NCBI GenBank assembly: GCA_037447605.1 | Contig: CM074808.1 | Span: forward strand, 4,211,674-4,275,673 | Length of the DNA: 64,000 bases | Direction of reading: 5' to 3' | From: Zygnema circumcarinatum SAG 698-1b | Taxonomy: Eukaryota > Plantae > Zygnematophyceae | In this document: one piece after another, positions 1-12,131 of the stretch | Layout: the number at the start of each line of letters is the position of its first letter | How positions within the stretch are numbered: the stretch's first letter is position 1 | Position numbers and translations under genes: made by a program | Notes under the pieces: generated by a model | Databases searched by the model: none | The model's input: the letters and a program-made list of their open reading frames with translations, nothing else | What the model was told of the DNA's origin: nothing

Positions 1-321
1 AGACAAGGGAGGCATGGGCCAGGGCGAGGGAGGCAGGGGCAGGTGCAAGGGCAAGGACTCACCGCTGCTCAACTCCGCCGTCGTCACTTCGCGTCCTCGC
101 TGACCACTCTCCCGTGGTGCTTAGAGGTCCGTGAGGACGCGGTTGCCGCAAGGTGGGTGTTGTTGGTGGGAGAAAGAGAAACCCTATAACTGTGCCAGCA
201 CTGAAACGCTGCTCTGCGCGGCGGCGGGTCGCGGCGTCCGGGCGGCGGCGGTGAGGCGCTCGCACGTGCGTGACGCGCATGGCGACAAGGCGGGCACGAT
301 CTCCTCATCGGNNNNNNNNNN

Positions 322-353
322 GAAACGCAGGGCCTCCGGAGGCCCTGCGTTTC
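322..353. repeat. Perfect 32-bp palindrome at contig start
   Basis: gaaacgcagggcctcc|ggaggccctgcgtttc; the second half is the exact reverse complement of the first; immediately after the 10-N gap at 312-321. Confidence 0.95.
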
Positions 354-507
354 GGCGAGCAGAATTCAGAAATTTGGGGGCATTTTTGTAACCTATTCCG
401 TCGTACGGACGTGACACACAGGTTCGGGGGGAGCCGCGGTTTCCGACCCGAATTCGGCATTCGAAATCAATACCTTTTCGCCGGCGAAATCTTTCAATTC
501 CACCGGC

Positions 508-555
508 GATGGTCAAGGTCTGACTCCCCCTGATGGTCAAGGTCTGACTCCCCCT
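508..555 (+). repeat. 24-bp direct tandem duplication
   Basis: gatggtcaaggtctgactccccct occurs at 508-531 and 532-555. Confidence 0.9.
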
Positions 556-691
556 ATTGCAGAACCTTGGCCAAGCTCAACTAGACTCGCTGGCTTTTCT
601 TGCACCGCGGAGGAGATTGTGAAAGTTCATTGAACTTACGATGGCGAGGCGAGATGAAGATGGAGTGTATGAGTGGATGGAGTGTTTCATT

Positions 692-705
692 TGGTATCAG
701 AGCCA
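692..705 (+). other. tRNA-iMet primer-binding-site-like motif
   Basis: TGGTATCAGAGCCA preceded by ..TTCA-TT, the canonical LTR-end CA + short spacer + PBS geometry of plant LTR retroelements; no gag follows. Confidence 0.5.
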
Positions 706-798
706 TGTCAACAGCCAAGAGGTACGGCAGCGCAGCTGGGGGCGGGGGAGGGGACGGGAGGGAAGCGGAGCCGAGTGGAGCACGGGCCCGGGCGCGCC

Positions 799-3700
799 AT
801 GGCGACGCCCAGTAACTGGTACAAGCGGCCCGCCTACGGCTACGCCAAGCAGTTCAAACTCGCCTCCGTCCTGCAGAACCTGCAAGGTCAGTCAGTCCAA
901 GTCATGCAACGGCAGCAAAGACTGGCATTCTGGCGGCGGCAGGCATGCACCCTGCTCCGAGGGAGGATTGGAGAGCCCGGGAGTTTCCGTGCAGGAGGTC
1001 TCATGGTTGGCTGTACAAGGTCTTTCCCCTCGAAATGATCGATTTTCATTAGTTAGTATATGGCTTGCAGCATATCGAGCTGCCAGCGGAGAGGCTATCG
1101 AGGGGGATGCGCTCGGCTCTACTGATAGCGTGCACTATCAGCAATCAGCAGGTCAGACCTTTTGATACTCCTTATTGAATCTCCCTTTTCAAAGTCGGAA
1201 ACGCATATATGTTCTTATGTGTTTGTTTTTTTAATCAAACATGTCATCCTTCACTTTAGCAATTTTTTGCGCTGCTGAGCGATTTTTCGAAAGGAATTGT
1301 GTTATTGATCTGTTATTCTCAATTCCAGATGGTCCACTTTATTTTCAGTAGTTCTAGAATAATTGTGATTGATCATGGAGCAGCCATGCAACTAGACAGT
1401 CCCAAGAAGAATACATGAACATCATTTTGGGAAGCGTCACGTTTTTTTTTGCGGCGCGCGTCAGTGCGCACGTCTTCCAAACACATTCATACGAGAAGAA
1501 AAACGCAAAAGTGACTGTGTGACATATTGCCTTGCCCTGAAGACACCATGCTTGTTCAACCGCAGCCAGAGTTGTTCGCTGTTACTTTGATGCAACCACT
1601 GCATGTCGCAACATCAGTCGGTCGTTAGCCAACCCCTAAAGTGGTGCAATAGTGACATCTCCATGCCGCAGTTCCTGATGTGGCCAGCGGAAGTAGGAGG
1701 CGCCTTCCAGGTGCCCTGGAAGGGGGACCCTTGAAGAAACTGCAGAAGAGGTAAGTGAGATTTCACTTGGCTGTTTTAGCTCGGCTCCGTGATGTTAAGG
1801 CTTGCGAAACTAGGGCCTGCATTGGCAGTTATAATTCCTATCGAGTCAATTGTGCATCAGAGAGTGAACGCACAGCGTTCTTGAGTGTGGGCTAACTGCC
1901 GCCTTCACATGCCATACACTTGGACATTCTAGTGTTCTCTTTCATGGCCAAAGAGTGAAACCATGTTCTTGGTATAGATTGAAAGTGTGAAATTGTCTCT
2001 GTTTGTGACTGGACTTGGCGTTGCAAATTATAAATTGGGCATCAATCTGACTTGAAAAACTCGGGGATGTGCCTTTACATGGGCTGTCACAGGCAGAACC
2101 ATATCTTTACGCAAAGAAGGAGGGAGGGAAAGAGTGCTTCCGTGGACGTACCAAATCTGTCGTCAGCACAACCGTTGGTATGCTTTGTCTGTTCTCAAAG
2201 GACATAATGGCCATCTGTGAAGGGACAGAGAGGAGTTTAAGGCAGCGATTCAGGAATCGGCGCAGGTTTTGTTCACGACTGCTACGAGGCTTATTTGGCA
2301 GACATTTGACACTTATGTGCAGTAACTCTTGTTCAAGGTGCATATGCGCATTCCTTACTCTTCGTTGCGAAGTCGCTCACTTTCAATGCATCGTACAGGT
2401 GGCCAGTGTGATCGGTTTCAAACCCTATGAAGAAGATGCAAGCGTGCGGCAGCCCCATGTTTTAGGCCTGCCGTACGGTGACGACAGCGATTCATCTGTG
2501 GAAGACAAAGCCATCAACTCTGGTGTGGAGGGTTCAGATAGCGCAGCTGAACCAGCCAAAGAAGGGGAGCTGCCAGCATTGCAGAAAGGCAGGTGGGATC
2601 ATTTTTGGGATCAACTAATCTCGCAACTTTAGGGCTCTCACGTCTTTTTCAAAGAAGCACGAGATGTTCATTATGAGGTGGATCGATGGATGCTGGCACC
2701 GGAAGCAGTGCTGTTGCTGAGAGTGGACAATGTGGAGATGCGGGTGGCAATCGCGCGTATGCGGCATGCAAGGTTGCAGCTGCTCACTCATTCCCTCTCT
2801 CTGTGTGTACCATACTAGCTTTTAGACAGTCGTCGCTTTGTGTCTGGTTCCTTACCATCCCTCCCTCGTTAGTCTTAGCCTAGAATGTCAATGGCATTGA
2901 GCTTCATTTCATCATGTGATTATCTTGGAAATCGGGTTTCTCCTTTCTAATATCATCCGGAGCGATGAAATAACTTTACTTGACTTTTGATGAAGAGCAC
3001 ACTACATGGCCTGTTATCTGTCTTGGGGCGTCTGTGGAGACCCTATCTCTGTCTCAGTGCTTTTCCGTGACCTGGGTGATGTGGTTGTTTTATCAGACTG
3101 CTGAAGTATTGAAGTGGCGAAAGGATCAACGTTTCCCTGCACCAGATGAACCTGCTTGTGTTATATGTGGACGGTATGGGGAGTACATCTGTGATAAGGT
3201 AGAGCTCTTCACGCGATTGTGAAGCAATCGTGTATGATTAATTTTAAAGCTGATAGCTTTTTTTTTGAATCCCTCCAATAGAACCACATCTTTGGTGTAC
3301 TTACTAGAGCATAGCACAATATCTTGGGCTCCTATGTGTAGTTAGGAAGTACCCGTTTGGTGTTGTCTGCGTGGCATCCAGACATGGAATGGAATCCATT
3401 GGAAACAAGAGCAATTAGTGTTTACGTAGAGCATGGTGGAGTCAGTGAGCCTGCTCTCAGTTCTTGGAAAGTGGATAATGATGCGTGGGTAAGCGTATGG
3501 ATGCAAGCAGACAGACGCGGACGTGTGCAGTTTGGAGTGCAAAGCAGCGCACCTGCAGGAGCAAGAGAAGTGGAAGGCACGAAGGCTCCACTCTTAACTA
3601 TAGCTTCTAGAGTGGCTTTCTTCGTAGGCATCCAGACTAGCTTGCTGATAGTGCCGTCTGATAAAGCTGGAATGTTCCGCAGGTTTCAAACAAATCCACG

Positions 3701-5392
3701 CACTCTTTCGTGTTGCCGACTCCCGACAAAGGAGCCCTTAACCTTCCAGAAGCAGAGCCAGAACAATGGGACATGGAGAAAGCAGTCTGGTGCAGCAGGA
3801 GCAGCAGTCTTTCAACTTATCGATGGTATGTAACCGCTTGAATATCACATAGCTCCCTGCAAGGCGCTGCTCCATTCAGCAACAACTGGCTGCAAGCTAT
3901 GGAAGCAGCTCCTGCACGGGTACAGCGGCACCTCGGGCCTTGTTAGACTCAACATTTTGCAGCTGCTGAGGATGGCGGTCTGCACTGCGGGGCAGCTGGA
4001 AGTGCGGGCTGGCGGGCCATTCGGCAGTCGACTGCACGCGGGCCTATGGCGCTGCTGCGGCCTCTCCCGCAGAGCCAGGACGCTATCAGGTGCTGCTCTG
4101 CTGCTGCTGGCAATTCACCCGTGTAGCTACTGCGAAAGTAGTTTAAACACAAGAAATCGTGAACCCGATTAAGTGCAACCATGTCGTGATTAATTCCAGT
4201 TGCGTTGACATTTTTTTTGTCCATTTTTACTTCTTCACTCTTCTCCTCCTTCGCCAAATCAACGATGCTTTGGTTACTTGGCGGGCACCAGAGTTGAGAA
4301 AATTGTATTTTCTGTAGCTTGCAGACAATTCTGTACTTAGACAGGTGCATAACCTGGTGGCCTTTTGCCATGTTAGTGTGCTGCACGAAAATTGAGAAAC
4401 GTTCCGTTGTAATTTGCTTGAAATGCAAAACCAACATATAGCATTCATGTGTGCAAAATGCCAAGTCTGCGTCAGCGTGTGTATGGACACACTCACAGTT
4501 GTATGCCTGGACATACTATCATGAATGGTTTGGGGCTCTTGAAGTTTTAGGTCGAGGAATGTTGTAGAATGAGAGCAATGAGTAGAATACGTGAAATTCC
4601 TGCATGGATGCACGCCTGTAGCTACAGGAGTTACGAAAGTCAGTCAATCGACAGTCAGTATTCAAGCACATCCGTCTGCCGGCTTGAGTACTTAGCTCCT
4701 GACTCGTTTCATACATCAGCATGGAACTGCTTTGTTTGGTCGACTTTCTCTTCATGTATATTTTAGTCCAAAATCGTAACCACTGTCCTCTCGCTTGCTG
4801 CTTTATTAGCACCTGACATCCTTCCTGACCCAATATCTTTCCTTTTGTGCAGGTGTCTCTTCCTGGATCAGAGGATGGCAGAGGGGGACTCAGCATGTAT
4901 ACAGCGGAAATGCGCGCGATGTATCACAGGTTGATCTCTGGAATTGTCCGTGAAGCGTGTTGATCCATAACCATCTTGTTTAGTGTTGGATTAGCTATTT
5001 GTTTTGTTTTATTTTATTTTATTTTCCATTTGTTGTCTTCTCGTCTCCATTCATATCAAAAAATTGCATTTACTATTTCAATGACAGAAAGGGATTTGAA
5101 ATTTATATTACGATGCATAATTCCAATTCATCCTTGCTAAACTCCTAAGTTTGAGAGCTGATTGGTACCTTCACCAAAAAGTTATGGCGACTCATGAGAT
5201 AGTACAGACAAACCAGCGATGCGTGGTTGTCATGAGAAAGAGACAGTTGGTCAAGCCTGACTTGTCATCAACCTGTATGGTGAGCAGGTGCCAGAAACTT
5301 CAGGCTGCTGCCGCCTCTGCCAGATGTGTGGTTTGCCAGAAGCGCTCCAACCTGGCGCACTGCATTGACTGTGATAGAGCATTTTGCGACGG
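799..5392 (+). CDS. Multi-exon zf-HIT + CCHC zinc-knuckle protein (plant uncharacterised HIT-type zinc finger family), 3' end lost in gap
   Basis: Exons read with mostly canonical splice sites: 799-886 ([29 protein letters not shown]), ~2399-2590, ~3098-3198 ([24 protein letters not shown]), 3511-~3576 ([11 protein letters not shown], completing the HIT finger), 3683-3825 + 3996-4089 ([30 protein letters not shown]), 4853-4929, 5288-5392 ([22 protein letters not shown]). Family assignment from recalled plant homologues. Confidence 0.8.
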
Positions 5393-5602
5393 GTGAGCTT
5401 TTCGTGACTCTTCTGCCTTGAGCACGTCTACGAGATCAAACCGACAGTATCGTCTCCTCCTCCTCACGNNNNNNNNNNCATGGTAGTTTAATGTTGTTAA
5501 TGATAATGTATAATGTTAGTTCATTATTAAAGTGAGGTGCTTACACTATCATGGCGTGTAAACAGGACGCCCCTATTCTGGAAGATTGCAGAGCAAGCTG
5601 AC

Positions 5603-8380
5603 CTTATTCAGGTCCACCCATTCCCAGCTCTCCAAGGGAGTGCCCATGTCATAGAGAAGTCCGTGCTCGCCCTGCAACGAAGATGGATATGTGTTCTAAG
5701 GTCAGCTATCGTTCTAGGTGTCCATAGACCCACTGACTTACGGAACCATCATCTTGATTAGTAACAGCTAAGTCATCTGAAGGAAAAGCGCAAACTGAGT
5801 TTTATTGACTACATAGCAAAGGTAAGCTCAGAAAACGGAAGAAGCTCTGGAACTACAGTACCGTGTCAGGTCTATAGTCACTGATAACGGACTCATAAAA
5901 CTGAAAGGTGCCATCTTCCTCCGCCCAGCGTGTCTTTATCCTCTTCCCTATCCATGGATGTACGGGTTCGTCCACCACTTCATCCGATAATGGTTGCGTG
6001 GCTGCACCTGTGGACCGGCCCTGCACAGCCAACAGGGCTATATACACACTGTTGGAACAAGGAACAGCATCTGAACTCGTGAAATCTAAGCATTTGAAAG
6101 CCTCAAATTCTCATTTCAATTCACAAAACAATAGTGAATATGTCTAATGACACTCTGCCATCCATCTTCTGATCCCAAAACAGGCTGCGAGTATTCTCCA
6201 AACAGTCCTGAATCAAAGCCCTCGAAAATTCGTGTGCCAATGAAAAAAACAACTGTACGGCGCCACCTCACTGTCCACGGAAGATCAAAAGCTTTACTTA
6301 ATTTATATGCGACGAAACGTGCAAATCAAAGGGAGCATCTGACAAGACTAGCCACTTATCTCTCTGCCTTTCCTCCCCTTTCCCTTCACAGCTCCTCTCT
6401 TTGGAATTGTCGCAGGCCGTGCAAGGGCAGCCACTGCCTCGGGCTTTGCCTGCGAAGGAATTGGCGGAGGGGGGCTGAATGGAGTCCCGCTCCTGCTTTT
6501 TCCGAGCTTAGGTCCGGGGAGGGCCAGGTCCGGGTCTTGAGGGGAGGGGGGGCGAGGGGGGATGGAAGGACCCTCCGCCTGCTTGGGATTTTCTTCCATT
6601 TACTGCGAAACAGTATCGACTCACAGCAGAAGATTGAATCCACTGACAATGTCCGCTAGGGTTTTGGTATTGAAATGAACGAAACACTTAAGGAGCTGGA
6701 AAGGCAAAATAGGGCAGCGGGCATTTCAGTGTCTCTCTTTTTTTGTATTTTTCATGAGAAGTATAGAATTGAGTGTGCCAGTTGCCATAACAGCTACTAG
6801 AAGGAGAAGGTAAGAGAAGAAACTCAACAATGGAAAACAGAGGCCCTAATCCGTTGGGCCATTCTGTTTATCTTTAAATTTTTGCAGTGGGTTTGAGTTA
6901 CCATATTGTTGTTGAACCGTGGAATCAGAAATGATTGATCAGCAGCTGTCGATGTAAAACATCGTCAATGTCTAGTTCTGTTCTAATCGGACATGAGCCT
7001 TTTCTTTCGCCTGCACGCAGTTGTCAAAGCAGCTTGAATCAGGTTGGTGTGCCAAATGTTCTTCACCCAGAGAGGCCTCTGAAGTGCGAAGACGCTAGCG
7101 GATTCATAGCCAAGAAATAGACTAGACTCGCAACAGATGAAGGAACAATGAAGCCTTGTGAGTTCGCGTACTGCACGCTTCTCAATCACATGCATGATGG
7201 ATAACTGAAATATTCTTTAGAAACAGATATAACAAGCAGATGATGGCCGGCATCCAGAATGCGTTTTCATCCACAAGAGACAAGATTATTTGAGAAAACC
7301 AAAGTTATTCGAAGCTTTTCCGTCTTCCGCCAATGGCAAAACGCACCCACCCATGTAATATTTTCTGACCAAATCTAAATGTTGGAGGAGAGCTAGAGAC
7401 GCATTTGCTTCTATTTCGCTCTAACTGCACCTCATACGAAGGTGCGGGCCGACTTCTACCCGCTGCCGCTTCCTTTTCCCGCGGGAGCGCCTGGCCCTTC
7501 TTCGTGCAGTCCGGCTCGATGCAGGATTTTCATCTGACAGAAAAAATGCACAAAATAAGCATAACTCGTTCAGTGATGATGATAATGACTACTATTTATA
7601 CATGGCCAAACCGTCAGATCTTCGCAAAAATTTTACTACATAGCTACGTTGACAATGCCCAGTAACGAGTTGTCAAGGATGCTCTGAGAAAAACAGAAAG
7701 AATTGTTCAATCTTCGCTGCTTGCTATTTCATAAATGATCGACCGTCTACTTCAACCTTGGAAATTAAAAAAAAACACGTCTCGTTCTCAGAAAGCTCCA
7801 TATGACCATGTACTGCAACTGCCCTAAAAGAATTCTAGCACTAAACCACCGCATTACAGACAGACAGACGACTGCAAAACAGCAATTGTTCAGGAATGGC
7901 ATCGCAACAACCATAGTCCATGGTTTCAGCGAGAGCTCGCGCCGTTTTCTTATGGGGCTTTCTGATACCGTCCCTCTCTTCAAATTGATCACTGATGCTC
8001 CCAGGCCAGAGCAACAAGGAAAAAGAGGGGAGAAAAAGGAACTATATCTAAAAAAACAACAAAAATTTAGTGCTTATCCTAACAATCCCTGATAATCATC
8101 TTCCATTGGCTGTTGATGTTTTTCTTTTCTCCAAATGTAATGTAACAGCTAAACCACACCTGTTCTTCTCTCCACCCTAATTCCAGTGCCTGCAGCAGGC
8201 GAGCTAACGCAGGCATTCCGCTCCTGCGCTGATGGCGTTGTCCACATTTGCCGTCCGATGCTTTCAATCGACGGCCAAACACGAACCTGCGACGTTCGGA
8301 GCAGTCGCCAGCGTCTGTGCGACACCGGCGCCTGCACCTCCAGAGTTTGAACTGTCATCATCAGGCCGACCAGGAGACAT
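5603..8380 (-). CDS. EML: EMSY-like (EML) ENT-domain / plant Tudor (Agenet-like) chromatin reader, 3' end cut by gap
   Basis: Exons 5862-6020 (HPWIGKRIKTRWAEEDGTFQFYESVISDYRPDT) and 5603-5671 (GEHGLLYDMGTPLESWEWVDLNK) match the EML Tudor region. ENT-like exons at ~7100-7205 and ~6902-7010 (AKEK/LMSD/RTELDIDDVLHRQLL/SIISDSTV) need three indel corrections. Putative ATG at 8380 (MSPGRPDDDSSNSGG). Confidence 0.8.
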
Positions 8381-8670
8381 GCTGGACTGCTTGCAAATGC
8401 TAATAATGTGCTAATCTGCTCTGCTTTTTCAGCTGAGGATGAGGCTCAAAACATGCGGAAAGGATGGGTTCCACGCACATGCAGTGTTTTCTGCAGTAAA
8501 ATCTCGAGCATACATTGCCGTTTTTAGCCAAGCCATTGCTGAAAGGATGGCGGTTCAGCGGTCGAAACCTTGGAGATAGCTGCGGAATGTGTGCAGAATA
8601 CCAGAGGGTTTCTTGTTTTTTTTTTTTTTGAATATTTTCCCGCCATTCTGCTGTTGTTTTGATTGGAGCA

Positions 8671-10409
8671 ATGTTGACTATCCGCCTCGCCAAAGCTTCT
8701 GATCCACTCTCTAATGACAGCCCAAAGCGGCCAAAACAGCTGTTGACTTCCTCCAAGCCACATTCTGCAGACGGAGCCGAGCCTGCTTCCAAGACTCCGC
8801 AACTAAAAGGGCCTGTTGCTAACAGAGAAGGCAACAACGCTGTAGAGCCGCAGAAGCTGTCACAAAGTAGTGCAGCAAAATTCGAAGTGTCTGGAGTAGA
8901 TATCGCTGGATATAAAGTGATTCGAAGAACTGGAGAGAAAGCCCACTTTTGTATAAATTGCAATTTTCCGATTGCGATTTACGGAAAGCTGGTAAGTGCC
9001 TGGCAAATGTGTACACGGAAGGAATGCAAGCATGTTAAGAGCAAGTTGTGCTTTCAATGGAATTCCACACAAGTTATGAAAATTAATTGCTGGGGTAAAA
9101 GTGATGTCGTGCATTTATTTAACGTTGTCTAATCTAAGACTGCGATTGGAACAAGTCTCAATGACGCTAACTTTTTTATTAACTTACTTCAAGGGTGCCT
9201 TTCACGGGCTGCAAAACTTACGCCCAGTGCTTTCTGCCTCACATGCGCTAAGTGGAGAAAAAGTGCTTTCTGCTGGTGTTCCACTCGTGTTCTTACCATG
9301 TAGCTGCTCTCCTGATTGGTCGGCTTACATTTTAATTTAATGGACGCTGCCTTGTTGCTACTTCCGGGAAGGCGAACATCCCGACGCTTGTGTCAAACTT
9401 CCTGTTTGCTTGCAAGCCTTCTGGATTCTGCTTCAAAGAGTTTGTCGCTGCATTGCTGTTATTCAAGCAATATCACACAATCTAGAAAGCAAGCATGCGC
9501 GAAATTACAGGGGCTAATGCCCTCATAGGGCAGCTAGTCGGGCAAGTAGGCGCTCACGACCAGATAGAGCTTGTTTTGTGCTCTTCTTCGGCTGGCCAAT
9601 GGCTTCATGTTCTCGCCTCTTGATGTTTCAGTTGTGGTGCAGAAGTGTCTCGAATATCAACTGCGGCAGGGATGAATGCCCTCTGCACTTGGAGCTCCGG
9701 GCTGTCTCCAGTGCTTCACAGATAGGCTAGGACTCGCCCGCCAAGCATGTTAGAAGCGCACATCAAGACCTTGCTCAAGGCACTCTACACAAGCTCAAGC
9801 TGAAGCCGTGCAACCAATGAAGACTGTCTGACTCCAGGCCCAAGGATATGTTCACGCACTTGGGGTGCAAAATCAAGAGAAGAGCCTGCTCTCTCTGCTT
9901 GCAACTCGCAGTGGTTGCGCCTTCTCCCTCATCTGTAACTGCTGTGGCAATGCCTGCTCTCAGGTCCTCTCAGCCAGGTGGTGCTCATCCACATCATGTT
10001 CCAGTCCAAGTCCACGACCATTCTGGGGAGCGAGGTCAACAGTCTAAACTTCCCCAACAGCAGGCTGGTCCATTCCTTGACCTGTGTGCCCATGCAAGGA
10101 CCTCCCGACTACCATCAAGGACATATGGGGCATGCAGGAATGCCTGGTCCAGGCATGGGGCCGATGGATATGATGGGCCCCATGGAAGGCCCAGGTCCTG
10201 TGCGACCAGGCCTCCCATGGGTAGGTGGTATGAATCATCCTTACCTTGATCACCGCCCCCCTTTCCATGCTGGTCCGTTTGGTCAGCATGGACCCCGTGG
10301 CAGTTTTCGACCTGGGGTCCCAGACGAGTCACTGTATGGTTGGGGAATGGGAAATCCAGGATTTGGCCCAGGCCCCGGATTTGGTGGTGGTTGGAGACCC
10401 CCGTTATGA
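8671..10409 (+). CDS. HAKAI: HAKAI/CBLL1-like RING E3 ligase (m6A writer complex subunit)
   Basis: Exon 1 8671-8991 starts MLTIRLAK and ends RRTGEKAHFCINCNFPIAIYGKL, as in plant HAKAI. Later exons give AFCLTCAK (~9230), CGAEVSRI and APGCLQCF/EAHIK (~9650-9770, with frameshifts); the Pro/Gly-rich C-terminus ends at TGA 10409. Confidence 0.85.
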
Positions 10410-10695
10410 TAATCAAGCCATGTTGCTTTCCTCCTCATCCATGTTCTCCTAGTGTTTGTAATTGTGCTTTGCTGAATGCTTTAACTTTTTGCATGCAGCA
10501 TTTGTGTTGCATGGGCGTTTTCCACCTCCTGTCCTTGTTCATTCCAATTAATGCTTTGCATCCCACTGTACCAGTGTTCTTCATTCTGTTTGAAAATTGG
10601 GTACCAAAGTCAAGCTAGTTAATTTTCAATGATTGTTGCTGCTTGGAGATGTCTGGGTTCTTTATCACTCAGCCAAGATAGTGATAGTGCAGGCT

Positions 10696-11119
10696 CTAGT
10701 ATTCTTCCTCATAGCCCATGAGTTCCAAAACATCCCATGAAGTTCTCTCGTCAAAACCTAACTGCACCTGCTGGAGTACAGGCTTAGGCTGGGGTCAATA
10801 AGGGCCTGAAATGGTGATTAGGGCACCTGACCATCCGTAAACAAGAGCCAAACCATGCCATGGCATTCTTGAGGCGTTCGTTTTTCTTGAAGACATCTGT
10901 GTCTAGTTGCCAGTGATCTTCACCTCCGATGTATGACAATCAACCCGACTCTGTGACCTGCAATGAAATCTTAGTAACCAGAGTGTGGCTACCGACCGTT
11001 AGGGCTCTGACTATTGGAATTGGCAGCTAAAGTTAGTACCAGGGATCTACCATGAGCGACATGGTGTGGCAATAGGCCTGGACCGCAATCTTTCTCATGT
11101 CATTCTCCTCTGGGTAGAC
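10696..11119 (-). CDS. Unidentified spliced protein-coding gene, last three exons
   Basis: Three phase-0 GT-AG exons: 11051-11119 (VYPEENDMRKIAVQAYCHTMSLM), 10832-10957 (VTESG*LSYIGGEDHWQLDTDVFKKNERLKNAMAWFGSCLRM; one in-frame TGA), 10696-10767 (VQLGFDERTSWDVLELMGYEEEY*). Family not recognised; 5' exons not resolved. Confidence 0.5.
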
Positions 11120-12131
11120 CTAAGACCCATGTACAGGCCGATATGTTGACTCTGGAAGGTGCCAGACCAGCACCTACTAAAGGCCTGTGTGACGAATCAA
11201 TCAGACATCTGCACACTCATCTATGCTAGTAGCAGTACGAGTCGTAGTTTCTTGCTTGCATGCCGAATTTGGAGGGTTCTGCGGTTGGTGGTGCGGGATT
11301 GACCCTCACAAGAGTACTCTTGGTCCGCTGCATATGCGAACTCGCCTTATGAGTGTCCATCTTGAGGACTCCTCATGGCAGTACCAACCCACGCCCTCCC
11401 CGATGGCTGCTCAACAGAGCCTGCCTTCGGCAGGATGTTTGCCACACGGACTCACGCGACCCCGCCGGCGCGACTTCATCCTTGCAATCCTGTTGACCGC
11501 ACGATTCCGCCGACAACGACTGGCGATTGGATCAATCTGAACAGTGTGAACACTAAAAGATAGGCCATCCGTACAACGTGTCCACGTCACTCAAGACCTT
11601 CTGATTGGCTGCCAACCATCCACGTCGGTTATCCTTGTCCGCTTGCACCGGTTTTGCGCGTTCTGTAGGCCGCCACTCGTACGCCCCAGCGGCGAGTGCT
11701 CGCGGTGCGCCAGGTGGCACGCGAGACGCGGTCTCCGGTGGGGCCCACCGGCGCCATGACGCGCTCTGTCGGTCCGGCTCGTGGTGGCCCCGCCTACGCC
11801 TCCGCGCCCGCATCCGACTCCCCTATACAATGGCGCTTGCAAGCCCCGGGACAATCCTAGGGTCGACAGGAGGGAGGTGGCTGGAAGGGGCAGCCATGGC
11901 GGGGACGGGCTTGGAGTTTTCGGGAGGGCAGATGGTTGTGAGGGTGGTGGGCAGAGTGTCCCGTGCTTAGAGGAGGAGGGAGGAGAGGAGGTGCGGCAAA
12001 GAGGGGAGAGTGTGAGCAAAGGGGGGTTGACTGTAAGGAGGAGAGCTTGGGAGGTTGCAGGACTGTGGAAGCAGGTTGGAGTGCAGAGTTCAAGGATTGT
12101 TTGCCAGACAAAAGGGAAGTGAGAGGCGAAT

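Noticed and set aside
59-308. GC-rich minus-strand ORFs with a GTGAGT donor near position 62
   Set aside because: Could be an exon of a neighbouring gene, but no frame is recognisable and it is cut by the gap and the window edge.
692-705. Possible tRNA-iMet gene on the minus strand
   Set aside because: Only the 3'-terminal 14 nt including CCA match; no cloverleaf upstream.
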